From Myxococcota bacterium (lineage in GTDB: Bacteria > Myxococcota_A > UBA9160 > UBA6930), in contig OZ245002.1 in NCBI GenBank assembly GCA_965223415.1, forward strand, positions 2,112,001-2,176,000: a DNA stretch of 64,000 nt, written 5' to 3'. The translations under genes and the position numbers were made by a program. How positions within the stretch are numbered: position 1 is the stretch's first letter; each line of letters begins with the position of its first letter. Of this stretch, positions 1 through 9,707 are shown piece after piece. The notes beneath the pieces are model-generated. The model ran no database searches, was not told the DNA's origin, and saw only the letters and a list, made by a program, of their open reading frames with translations.

Positions 1-187
1 CGTCGAGGGTCATGCTCTCGGGCGTGTAGGTCTGGAGCTTCACGGCGTCGGCGCCGGCCCGGTGGGCGGCTTCGACGATGGCGAGGGCGCGGTCCCGATC
101 GCCCAGGTGGTTCGCCGAGAGCTCCGCCACCACGTAGGGCGGCGCGCCGTCCCCAATCCAGCGTCTGTCCAGGGCGAATCCGCTCAC
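1..187 (-). CDS. pseI: Pseudaminic acid synthase (NeuB/PseI family), N-terminal part, runs off the window edge
   Basis: Manual translation: VSGFALDRRWIGDGAPPYVVAELSANHLGD...GADAVKLQTYTPESMTLD; AELSANH and KLQTYT are PseI-type motifs; GTGA overlap with upstream stop. Confidence 0.88.
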   Translation of the reverse strand, partial: MSGFALDRRWIGDGAPPYVVAELSANHLGDRDRALAIVEAAHRAGADAVKLQTYTPESMTLD

Positions 188-921
188 GGGCTCACTCCCA
201 GGGTGCGCGGCTCGCGCCGGCCCCGTCGCAGGATCTCCCGGGCCTCGCGGCCGGTATTGAGGAGCAGGTCGACGGCGCTCGCCTGGGAGACGAAGCCGGC
301 GCTGCACCGGGCACTGCACTGGGGATAGGGCGGTGGCTCGAAGTGCTGGATCGAGACGCGGATGCCGCGGCTGCGGAACGGCTCCTGGTCCTCGAGCAGG
401 TAGGGCTCGGCTCCGGGGGCGGAGAGGTAGTGGGTGGCGCCCAGCTCCTCGCACAGGCCGGCCAGTCGCTCGCCCCGCCGCCCGCCGGCCTCGAGCCGCG
501 AAGAGCGGTGGATCGGCACGTCGATGCCGAGCTCGTGGAACAGCCAGCCGATCAGCGCCAGGTTCAGCTCCGCGAGCCCCGTCCACGGCGCGCCGGAGGC
601 GTAGGTGGCCTCGAGCCGCGACGCGAAAGGCTCGAGGGCGGGGGCGCGGGCGTAGGCGTGGCGGAGGGTGCGCAGGTGTTTGCGCCAGAAGTCCGCGTGG
701 TCGATCGCGACGTCGCGGATGGTCTGTCCGCGCAGCCCCTTTACCCGCACCGGAACCGTCAGCCAATGCAGCGCGCCGCCGACGACGATGCGATTGCGCT
801 GCTGCCAGCTGCGGTGGGCGAAGCTGGCATCGTCGAGGAAGACGAAGCGATCGACCTGGTCCGCCAGGTCGAGGTAGCCGGGCCACGGCAGGTAGGTGGG
901 CTGCATGATCGCGACCCGCAT
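184..921 (-). CDS. WbqC-like family protein
   Basis: MRVAIMQPTYLPWPGY...WQQRNRI...WLTVPV...GATHYLS; start moved to ATG 921 (TGATG overlap). Confidence 0.88.
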   Translation of the reverse strand: MRVAIMQPTYLPWPGYLDLADQVDRFVFLDDASFAHRSWQQRNRIVVGGALHWLTVPVRVKGLRGQTIRDVAIDHADFWRKHLRTLRHAYARAPALEPFASRLEATYASGAPWTGLAELNLALIGWLFHELGIDVPIHRSSRLEAGGRRGERLAGLCEELGATHYLSAPGAEPYLLEDQEPFRSRGIRVSIQHFEPPPYPQCSARCSAGFVSQASAVDLLLNTGREAREILRRGRREPRTLGVSP

Positions 922-1871
922 CAGGTCGCCGCTCCCGCGAGCCGCTCCCACACCGCGCCCGCGACCCGGAAGCAGCCGCGGCCGTCGAAGGGGCGTGCGG
1001 CGGGCGGCCCCTGGGCGAGGGCCTCCTCCACCCGTGCCCAGGCCGCTTCCGGCTCCGCCTTCGGCTCCAGCCCGAGCAGTGCGCCCTCGCTCTCGAGCCA
1101 GGCGATCTCCTCCACCAGATCGGGCTCGTTGGGGAAGGCGACGCAGGGAACGCCGACGGTGAGCGCCTCCGGGACGATCATGCCTCCGGTGACCAGCGCG
1201 ACCGAAGCCCGGCACAGGCGGCGGGCGAGCTCTTCCGCTTCCAGATCGACCCGCAGCTCGTGGCCGCCCGCTTCGCAGGTGCTGCGGAGCCGTTCCGGCT
1301 CCGCGAAGGACCCGCCGACGACCACGCATAGGTGCAGCGTCCCGGATGGCTCGGCGAGGAGCCCGAGCAGCCAGCGGGCCGCGTTCGCCCCGGAGCCCGC
1401 GACGACGATGACCTCGGGCACCTCGGCCGGCTCGCGGAGGCCCCGGGCCTCGGCGAAGGCCGGACGCAGGAGCGCGTAGCGCGGGCCGCACAGGCGGAGC
1501 GCCTCCTCCGGCAGCTTCGGGTAGGCATGGCGCGTCCCGGGACCGCTTCCGTTCACCACGACGTCGGCGCAGGCGGCGTCGCCGCCGTCGTCGACGACGA
1601 CCCGGAGCCCGGAGGTCGCCACCCGGGCCTCGCGCGGATCCGGGTGGTCCACGACGAGCAGGTCGGCCCTCGCTGCCAGCGCCTCGTAGCGCGCGGGCGG
1701 CTCGATGCGGGCCCCGGGAAACAGCGCGGCGAGGTCGTCCGCACCCCGGCCCACGACGATCGGGGGCGCCGTCCCGGGCAGGGCGTCCAGCAGCGCCGCC
1801 GTGCGCACCGCGTGGCCGCGGCCCACCGAGGCGTCGGCATCGAGGCGTGCAACCGCGCAGGGACCGCTCAC
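921..1871 (-). CDS. pseG: PseG/SpsG-like UDP-sugar hydrolase (GT-B fold)
   Basis: RLDADASVGRGHAVRT motif, DLLVVDH, G.RYALLRPAF; located in pseI operon. Confidence 0.75.
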   Translation of the reverse strand: MSGPCAVARLDADASVGRGHAVRTAALLDALPGTAPPIVVGRGADDLAALFPGARIEPPARYEALAARADLLVVDHPDPREARVATSGLRVVVDDGGDAACADVVVNGSGPGTRHAYPKLPEEALRLCGPRYALLRPAFAEARGLREPAEVPEVIVVAGSGANAARWLLGLLAEPSGTLHLCVVVGGSFAEPERLRSTCEAGGHELRVDLEAEELARRLCRASVALVTGGMIVPEALTVGVPCVAFPNEPDLVEEIAWLESEGALLGLEPKAEPEAAWARVEEALAQGPPAARPFDGRGCFRVAGAVWERLAGAAT

Positions 1872-1872
1872 G

Positions 1873-2574
1873 TCAGCGAACCGCCGAGACCAGCCAGTCG
1901 TCGTCCAGGAAGCGGCCGCCCTCACGGGTGACGCTTCGGCGATCCACCTGGACGTGGGTGAAGGGTCGGAACAGCTCGCGCAGGCTCGCCTCGTCGAGGA
2001 AGGTCATCTCCAGGCCCTCCTCGGCGGCCGCCGGCGTCCCGGCCAGTCCCTCGAGGCGGACGCGGTGATCGCCGATCGCCGTGCCGAAGACGAGGCGGGA
2101 ATCCGCGTCGCTTCGCGTGCCGCACAGGAAGCGGCCGCCCGGCGCCAGCGCGCCGGCGACGCGCGAGATGGACGCGGCGATGCGCTCGAGGGGCGCGTAG
2201 CAATAGACCGACGCACACAGCACGGCGTCGAAGAAGCCTTCCGGGAACTCGAACGCGTCGATCGCGGCCTGCTGCGTGCCCAGCTCGAGGCCCTCTCCCG
2301 CGGCGCGGCGCAGGGCCTCGTCCAGACCCGCTCGCGACAGGTCGACGGCGAAGGTCTCGAAGCCCTCGCGGGCGAGGAACACCGCGTGGCGGCCCGCCCC
2401 GCAGCCGAGGTCGAGGGCGCGCGTGCTCCCGCGGCGCAGGCCGGGGAAGCTCGTGAGGGCCCAACGCACCACGGCCTCGTCCGGGTAGCGCGGGCAGTAG
2501 CGCGCTTCGCCGTGCAGCGCGTCCCAGCGCTCCCGCAAGCCCGCCTGCCCGACGTCGTCCAGCGCGGTCAGCAC
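1873..2574 (-). CDS. Class I SAM-dependent methyltransferase
   Basis: ALDLGCGAGRH motif I; YPDEAVVRW; GTG start with GAGGAGG SD. Confidence 0.85.
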   Translation of the reverse strand: MLTALDDVGQAGLRERWDALHGEARYCPRYPDEAVVRWALTSFPGLRRGSTRALDLGCGAGRHAVFLAREGFETFAVDLSRAGLDEALRRAAGEGLELGTQQAAIDAFEFPEGFFDAVLCASVYCYAPLERIAASISRVAGALAPGGRFLCGTRSDADSRLVFGTAIGDHRVRLEGLAGTPAAAEEGLEMTFLDEASLRELFRPFTHVQVDRRSVTREGGRFLDDDWLVSAVR

Positions 2575-2584
2575 GCCCCCTCCT

Positions 2585-2622
2585 CGTTTCAGATCGAAAC
2601 GCGGCGGTTTCGATCGGGAACC
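2585..2622. promoter_or_regulatory. Tandem 17-bp palindromic putative enhancer (UAS) sites
   Basis: CGTTTCAGATCGAAACG (2585-2601) and weaker GGTTTCGATCGGGAACC (2606-2622). Confidence 0.55.
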
Positions 2623-2677
2623 CGAGCCCCCCTCTCGCCCGCGCAGAAACGAGCGGAAGGCAGCGTCGACACGAGAG

Positions 2678-2693
2678 AGCAAGACCCGTGCCC
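2678..2693 (-). promoter_or_regulatory. Putative sigma54 promoter for the glycosylation operon
   Basis: Minus strand GGGCAC-GGGTC-TTGCT, one mismatch to TGGCAC-N5-TTGCW. Confidence 0.55.
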
Positions 2694-2709
2694 TGGCGCG
2701 GCGATTGCA
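2694..2709 (+). promoter_or_regulatory. Sigma54 promoter
   Basis: TGGCGC-GGCGA-TTGCA, 37 bp before ATG 2746. Confidence 0.75.
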
Positions 2710-2745
2710 TCGACCCGTAGGCGCGCGGGTGAAGAGGAGGAGACC

Positions 2746-3339
2746 ATGCGCCTGATCCAGGATGGACGGGAGTCCCAGGTCGAAGACGGTGCGGAGAACG
2801 CGGAGGCCTTGCTCCTTCCGCGCCTCGCGCCCACCGGCGAGGATCCGCGGGTGGTCGTGCGCATGTGGCTCGACGGAAGCGACGTGCCCTCGAGCGAGCT
2901 CGGCGATCTCTCCGCGATCGCCGTGCAGGGCTGCGAGCTCCTGGAGGTAGAGACCGCGCCGGTGCGCGACGTCGCCCGGCAGAGCCTGGCGAGCGCGGGG
3001 GAGTACGCGGAGAAGGTGAAGGACGCTCTGCGGCATACCGCCGAGCTGATGCGCTCGGACCGTCCGGAGGTGGCCAACGAGCACTTCGCCGAGGCGATCG
3101 ATGGGATGTCCGTGCTCTTCTTCACCCTCCAGGCCGCCGCTCAGCACCTCGGGCCGGAAGCTCGTCCGGTGGAGGAGATCGGCGCGCGCGTGCAGCCCTG
3201 GCTCGACGCCCTGACCGAGGCCCAGATCGCCCAGGACTGGATCCGCGTCGCGGACTACCTGGAGTACGAGATCGCTCCGGTGCTCGGAGAGGCGCGGGGC
3301 GCGATCGCCGCCGTGTGCGAGGGCGGCAGCCCGGGGTAG
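2746..3339 (+). CDS. Conserved hypothetical flagellar-locus protein
   Basis: ATG with GAGGAG SD; helical C-terminus ending QDWIRVADYLEYEIAP; high GC3 codon bias. Confidence 0.75.
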   Translation: MRLIQDGRESQVEDGAENAEALLLPRLAPTGEDPRVVVRMWLDGSDVPSSELGDLSAIAVQGCELLEVETAPVRDVARQSLASAGEYAEKVKDALRHTAELMRSDRPEVANEHFAEAIDGMSVLFFTLQAAAQHLGPEARPVEEIGARVQPWLDALTEAQIAQDWIRVADYLEYEIAPVLGEARGAIAAVCEGGSPG

Positions 3340-3470
3340 AGACCCGAGGCGCGAATGCAGCGTTCTCCGGATCGATCCGCAGCCCGGGAGATCCGATAGC
3401 GGCGAAGGCGCGGAGGCGGGAGCGGGCTCCGCGCGGCCAACCCATGTCGGCTCCGCTCCGGTAGGCAGAG

Positions 3471-4235
3471 ATGGACCTCGCGACGCTGATCGGAATCGTC
3501 CTCGGGCTCGGCCTGATCGTCGGGTCGATGGCGCTCGGCGGTTCGATCATGGCGTTCGTGAACGTCCCGGGTCTGCTGATCGTGGTCGGCGGCACCATCG
3601 CGGCGACGCTCATCAACGAGTCCCTCGCCCAGGTGATCGGCGCCGTGAAGGTCTACCTCCAGGCGTTCTTCGAGAGGAAGGCTTCCGCGACGGAGCTGAT
3701 CGAGAAGGTCGTCGATCTGGCGGCGAAGGCGCGCAAGGAGGGGCTCGTCTCGCTGGAGGGCGAGGACATCCCCGATCCCTTCCTCGCCCGCGGCGTCCAG
3801 CTCGGGGTCGACGGGCTCTCGCCCGAGATCATCAACGCCATCCTCGAGGGCGAGCTCAAGACCCTGAAGAGCCGGCACACCCGTGGACAGACCGTCTTCA
3901 AGTTCATGGCCTCCACCGCGCCCGCCATGGGCATGATCGGCACGCTGATCGGCCTGGTGCAGATGCTCCAGAACATGTCGGACCCGTCGGCGATCGGTCC
4001 GTCGATGGCCGTGGCGCTCCTCACCACCCTCTACGGAGCCATCCTGGCCTTCGTCCTCTTCCAGCCCATCGCCTCGAAGCTGGAGACCCGCACCAAGAGC
4101 GAAGTGGCCCACAAGACGCTGGCGATCATCGGCGTCGAATCCATCCTGAAGGGCGACAACTCGATGGTCATCCAGTCGAAGCTCGACGCCTACCTCTCGC
4201 CCCAGGAAAGGGAAGCGAAGAAGGAGGAGAAGTGA
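3471..4235 (+). CDS. motA: Flagellar stator subunit A (PomA/MotA)
   Basis: MDLATLIG..., ARKEGLVSLE, APAMGMIGTLIGL, AVALLTTLYG. Confidence 0.95.
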   Translation: MDLATLIGIVLGLGLIVGSMALGGSIMAFVNVPGLLIVVGGTIAATLINESLAQVIGAVKVYLQAFFERKASATELIEKVVDLAAKARKEGLVSLEGEDIPDPFLARGVQLGVDGLSPEIINAILEGELKTLKSRHTRGQTVFKFMASTAPAMGMIGTLIGLVQMLQNMSDPSAIGPSMAVALLTTLYGAILAFVLFQPIASKLETRTKSEVAHKTLAIIGVESILKGDNSMVIQSKLDAYLSPQEREAKKEEK

Positions 4236-4978
4236 GCGACGAAGACGAGGCCTTCGAGGAGCCGACGGCCCCAGCTTGGATGGCGACCTTCGGGGACCTG
4301 ATGAGTCTCCTGCTGTGCTTCTTCGTCCTCCTCCTCTCCTTCGCCAGCATGGACGCGAAGCGCTTCGCCGAGGTGAACGGCTCGATGCGCGACGCCTTCG
4401 GCGTCCAGCAGATCGAGCCCGGCGAGTTCGAGGCGCTGTCGGACGATCTCATCAGCCTGAACGACCGGTCGACCTCCTCCCACGTCAGCGTCATCGACGT
4501 GCCCACCCGCGCGAAGACCGACGCCAAGAGGCTGGTGCAGCGCATCAAGGCGAGCATCGCCGCCCAGCGCATGGATCGGCTGATCGAGGTGGAGGAGACG
4601 CCCCGCGGCGTCATGATCCGGGTGCCGGGCCAGCTGATGTTCTCCTCGGGCTCGACGGAGCTGAGGCCGGAATCGCTGGTCTTCCTGCGGGAGATCGCCG
4701 GCCTGATCAACGGGACGCCGGACACGGTGGCGATCGAGGGTCACACCGATGCGTCTCCCTCCTCCGCCACCACGACCAACTGGACGATCTCCACGGCCCG
4801 GGCGGTGGCCACCCTCGAGTTCCTCGTCGACGTCGGCCACGTCGACCCCTCGCGCCTGCAGGCCACCGGCTTCGCGGACACGAAGCCCATCGCTTCGAAC
4901 GAAGAGCCCGCCGGCCGTGCGAAGAACCGCCGCGTCGAGTTCACCTTCCTCCGCACGTCGGCCGAGGTGGAAGGGTAG
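4232..4978 (+). CDS. motB: Flagellar stator subunit B (PomB/MotB, OmpA-like C-terminus)
   Basis: WMATFGDLMSLLLCFFVLL TM with conserved Asp; IEGHTD, NRRVE. Confidence 0.95.
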   Translation: MSDEDEAFEEPTAPAWMATFGDLMSLLLCFFVLLLSFASMDAKRFAEVNGSMRDAFGVQQIEPGEFEALSDDLISLNDRSTSSHVSVIDVPTRAKTDAKRLVQRIKASIAAQRMDRLIEVEETPRGVMIRVPGQLMFSSGSTELRPESLVFLREIAGLINGTPDTVAIEGHTDASPSSATTTNWTISTARAVATLEFLVDVGHVDPSRLQATGFADTKPIASNEEPAGRAKNRRVEFTFLRTSAEVEG

Positions 4979-4999
4979 GCGGAAGGATCTTCCGCCCGA

Positions 5000-5039
5000 C
5001 CTTTCTCCCTGAAACACCCGAAGCGTTCCGACTGAAACG
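5000..5039. promoter_or_regulatory. Tandem putative regulator sites upstream of the sigma54 activator gene
   Basis: CCTTTCTCCCTGAAACA (5000-5016) and GCGTTCCGACTGAAACG (5023-5039). Confidence 0.55.
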
Positions 5040-5157
5040 GGGGTCGGAGCCCTCGAATCATGCGGCGCCCGCTCCCATCGCAGCGGAAAAGTCCAAAAAG
5101 AACGCAAGGTGTCCGCGTCTTCCGCCGATCGATGAGCCCATGACCGAGGGCTCCAAA

Positions 5158-6588
<1,431 letters not shown>

Positions 6589-6607
6589 CGAGGGCCAAGG
6601 AGAGCTC

Positions 6608-7117
6608 ATGGCGGACGAGGAAGCCGAAGAGACCACCGAAGAGGGCGGCGACGAGAAGGGCGGCAAGCCCTGGATGCTCATCATCCTGGCGGCGCTGGTG
6701 GCCCTGGGCCTCGGGGCAGGCGGCACCTTCTTCCTGCTGGGGGGGAAGGAGGAGCCCGTGGCGGCCGAGGCCGGCGAGGCGGACGCGGAGCCCGTCGAGC
6801 CGGACACCGAGTTCCAGGAGCGCGTCTTCTCCCTCGACCCCTTCGTCGTGAACGTCACCGGTGAGGGCTACCCGCGCTACCTGAAGATGCAGGTCGCCTT
6901 CGAGATGAACACGGCCGAGGGCCGCATCGAGATCGAGAGCCGGGTCGCCCAGGTGCGGGACACGACGATCCTGCTGCTCTCGAGCAAGCGCCTCTCGGAC
7001 ATCAGCGATTTCGAGGGGAAGGCGCTCCTCAAGGATGACCTGCGAGACCGGGTGAACTCGCTCCTCAAGGCCGGCCGGGTCGAGAGCGTCCTCTTCACCG
7101 AGTTCGTGGTGCAGTAG
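6608..7117 (+). CDS. fliL: Flagellar basal body-associated protein FliL
   Basis: N-terminal TM, LDPFVVN, RYLK, VLFTEFVVQ. Confidence 0.93.
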   Translation: MADEEAEETTEEGGDEKGGKPWMLIILAALVALGLGAGGTFFLLGGKEEPVAAEAGEADAEPVEPDTEFQERVFSLDPFVVNVTGEGYPRYLKMQVAFEMNTAEGRIEIESRVAQVRDTTILLLSSKRLSDISDFEGKALLKDDLRDRVNSLLKAGRVESVLFTEFVVQ

Positions 7118-7120
7118 ACG

Positions 7121-8032
7121 ATGAGTGAAGCCGAAGCCAGGGAGCTGCTCAGCCGCGAAGAGCTCGCGGCACTCCTGCAGGAGCTGCGGGAGGACCGGGG
7201 CAGTGCGCGGTCCTTCCCGGACAGCTCGAGCGGGCGCCTGGCGCCGGTCTCCCGCCTGCTCGGCGAGTTCGCGGACCAGCAGAGCCGCGCGCTCTCGACC
7301 CTGCACCAGCGCAGCATCGACCTCACGCTGCTGGACGTGGCCGAGGTGGCGATGCGCGAGTTCCAGGCGACGCTGCTTCCGGTGGATCGGGTGATCGAGC
7401 TGGAGCTCGAGCCCGGAGGCCACCGGCTCTACCTCCTGCTGGGTCGGTCCTTCCTGTTCGCCTGGCTCGCCCTCGCCTTCGGTGCCAAGGAGAGCACGCC
7501 GGTCGTGAGCGTGCCCGAGCGCCACTACACCCGCATCGAGGAGCGCTTCATGCGGCGGGCGGCCGCCGAGCTGGTGCGGCATCTCGAGGCGACCTGGAGC
7601 TTCCGGAGTCCGGTGCAGATCCGCATCGTGGCGCTCGTCGATCCCGAGTCCCTGCCGCCTGCGTCTTCGAAGTGGGCGCTGGCGAGCTTCGACGCCCGTG
7701 GCCTGGGCGATCTCTGCCGGCTGCGCCTGCTGGTGGATCCCGGACTGTACGCCGCCGAGAGCGAGAGCACCGCCGACCAGGGCGAGCGCGCCGAGCTCGC
7801 CGTGGCCGTGCAGCAGGAGGTGCTCGAGATGCCGGTGCGCGTGCGCATAGAGGCCGGCTACGCGCAGGTGCCGCTGCAGCAGGTAGCCAACCTGCAGGTG
7901 GGCGACGTGATCCCGCTGGAGCGCGCCGATCGGCGTGGGCTGGTGGTGCGAATCGAGGACGAGGCGAAGTACCTGGCGGTGCGCGGCGCCGTGGGTGCGC
8001 GGCTCGCCGTGCAACTGGTCGAGAGCCTCTAG
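7121..8032 (+). CDS. fliM: Flagellar motor switch protein FliM (divergent)
   Basis: LLSREELAALL N-terminal motif, RHYTRIE, C-terminal SpoA domain (LQVGDVIPL); position between fliL and fliN. Confidence 0.85.
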   Translation: MSEAEARELLSREELAALLQELREDRGSARSFPDSSSGRLAPVSRLLGEFADQQSRALSTLHQRSIDLTLLDVAEVAMREFQATLLPVDRVIELELEPGGHRLYLLLGRSFLFAWLALAFGAKESTPVVSVPERHYTRIEERFMRRAAAELVRHLEATWSFRSPVQIRIVALVDPESLPPASSKWALASFDARGLGDLCRLRLLVDPGLYAAESESTADQGERAELAVAVQQEVLEMPVRVRIEAGYAQVPLQQVANLQVGDVIPLERADRRGLVVRIEDEAKYLAVRGAVGARLAVQLVESL

Positions 8033-8043
8033 GAGCGGACGGA

Positions 8044-8352
8044 ATGGAGCAGGAGAAGCCGGACGAGACGGTGGCGGAGGCCACCGATGGCGCTGCCGCC
8101 GAGAGCGGCTCCCTCGACCTCGTGATCGACGTGCCCCTGCGCGTCACCGTCGAGGTCGGATCCGCCTCCATGCTCGTGCGTGAGGTGCTCCAGTTCAGCA
8201 AGGGCTCGGTGATCGAGCTCGATCGCGCCGCCGGGCAGCCGGCGGACGTGCTGGTGAACGGGCGCCTGCTGGCCCGGGGCGAGGTGACGGTCGAAGACGA
8301 CCGCCTCGCCGTACGCATCGTGGAGATGCTGGCCCTTCCGCCGGGCTCGTGA
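8044..8352 (+). CDS. fliN: Flagellar motor switch protein FliN
   Basis: DVPLRVTVEVG...GSVIELDR..G.P.DVLVNG..LARGEV. Confidence 0.93.
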   Translation: MEQEKPDETVAEATDGAAAESGSLDLVIDVPLRVTVEVGSASMLVREVLQFSKGSVIELDRAAGQPADVLVNGRLLARGEVTVEDDRLAVRIVEMLALPPGS

Positions 8353-8383
8353 GCCCGGCGGACCGACGCGAGGAGGGGAAGCG

Positions 8384-9427
8384 TTGGTCGAGACAGGATC
8401 CGCACTGCTGGTGGTGCTGGGATGCCTCGCGCTCCTGCGCGTCGCGCTCCAGTGGACAGGACTCGCCGGCGCCGGAACGAAGCGCCGGAGCCTGCGGGTG
8501 GTGGAGAGCTGCGCCCTCGGCTCGCGACAGCGTCTCCACGTGGTCGAGGTGGCGGGCGAGCGCCTGCTGGTCGGCTCCAGCGAGAAGGGGCTCTCGATGC
8601 TGAAGAGCCTGCCGGAAGCCGCCCCGCCCGAGGCGCAAGCGGCACCGGACCCGGAGGTCGAGCGCACGCCGCCGCCGCCGCGCCCGTTGCGTCGCCTGCT
8701 CCAGGCGCTGGGCGGCTTCGCCCTGCTCCTGCTGTTCAGCGATCCCGCCCTGGCCGAGAGCGGCCTGACGATCCAGCTCGAGGGCCTCGACGAGCCGGAG
8801 CAGCTGAGCTCGACCCTCGAGATGGTGGCGTTCTTCACCCTGGTCGGCGTCGCTCCTTCCATCCTGCTGATGGCGACCAGCTTCACGCGCATCGTCATCG
8901 TGCTGGCCTTCCTACGCCAGGCGATCGGCGTGCAGCACCTCCCGCCGAACCAGGTGCTCGTGGGGCTGGCGCTCTTCACCACGCTCTTCGTCATGGCGCC
9001 CCTGGGCGAGCAGATCCGTGTCGACGCCTACGAGCCCTACGTGGCCGAGAAGATCGACGCCTCCGAGGCCGCCGCCAAGGCCATGGGCCCCGTGCGCGGC
9101 TTCCTGCTCCAGTCCACGCAGGAGCAGGACCTGAACCTCTTCCTGGAGATCTCCGGCACGGGCGCGGTGGAAGATCTGGCCGACGTGCCCATCACGACGC
9201 TGCTTCCCTCCTACATGCTGAGCGAGCTGCGCACGGCCTTCGAGATCGGCTTCATGATCTACCTGCCCTTCCTGGTGATCGACCTCGTGATCGCCTCGAT
9301 GCTCATCTCCATGGGCATGATCGTGCTGCCGCCGATCGTGATCTCCCTCCCCTTCAAACTGATGCTCTTCGTGCTGCTCGACGGATGGAATCTGGTGCTC
9401 GGCTCGCTGATCAGCGGGCTGCGCTGA
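8384..9427 (+). CDS. fliP: Fused FliO-FliP export protein
   Basis: TTG start with AGGAGG SD; N-terminal FliO (LRVVESCALGSRQRLHVVEVAGERLLVG) in frame with FliP (TSFTRIVIVL, PPNQVL, SELRTAF, SLPFKL, DGWNL). Confidence 0.88.
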   Translation: MVETGSALLVVLGCLALLRVALQWTGLAGAGTKRRSLRVVESCALGSRQRLHVVEVAGERLLVGSSEKGLSMLKSLPEAAPPEAQAAPDPEVERTPPPPRPLRRLLQALGGFALLLLFSDPALAESGLTIQLEGLDEPEQLSSTLEMVAFFTLVGVAPSILLMATSFTRIVIVLAFLRQAIGVQHLPPNQVLVGLALFTTLFVMAPLGEQIRVDAYEPYVAEKIDASEAAAKAMGPVRGFLLQSTQEQDLNLFLEISGTGAVEDLADVPITTLLPSYMLSELRTAFEIGFMIYLPFLVIDLVIASMLISMGMIVLPPIVISLPFKLMLFVLLDGWNLVLGSLISGLR

Positions 9428-9437
9428 AGGAGGAACG

Positions 9438-9707
9438 ATGGACATCGGGCAAGTCAGTGCGCTCCTGCAGGAGACGATCCGCATCAGCTTGGTGCTCGCG
9501 GCGCCGATCCTGGCCACCGCGCTGCTCTCGGGCCTGGTGGTCTCGATCTTCCAGGCGGCCACCCAGGTGAACGAGCAGACCCTCTCCTTCGTGCCGAAGA
9601 TCGTCCTCACCCTGGGCGTCTTCGCCTTCACCTTTCCCTGGGTCATGGCGAGCCTCGTCGATTTCGGCAACCGGTTGATGAGCCAGGTGGCTGCGGGGGG
9701 CCCGTGA
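9438..9707 (+). CDS. fliQ: Flagellar export protein FliQ
   Basis: GLVVSIFQAATQVNEQTLSFVPK. Confidence 0.96.
   Translation: MDIGQVSALLQETIRISLVLAAPILATALLSGLVVSIFQAATQVNEQTLSFVPKIVLTLGVFAFTFPWVMASLVDFGNRLMSQVAAGGP

Noticed and set aside
4276..5157. N-terminal extension of the sigma54 activator (770-aa ORF)
   Set aside because: Overlaps motB in another frame; the receiver-like domain begins after 5158
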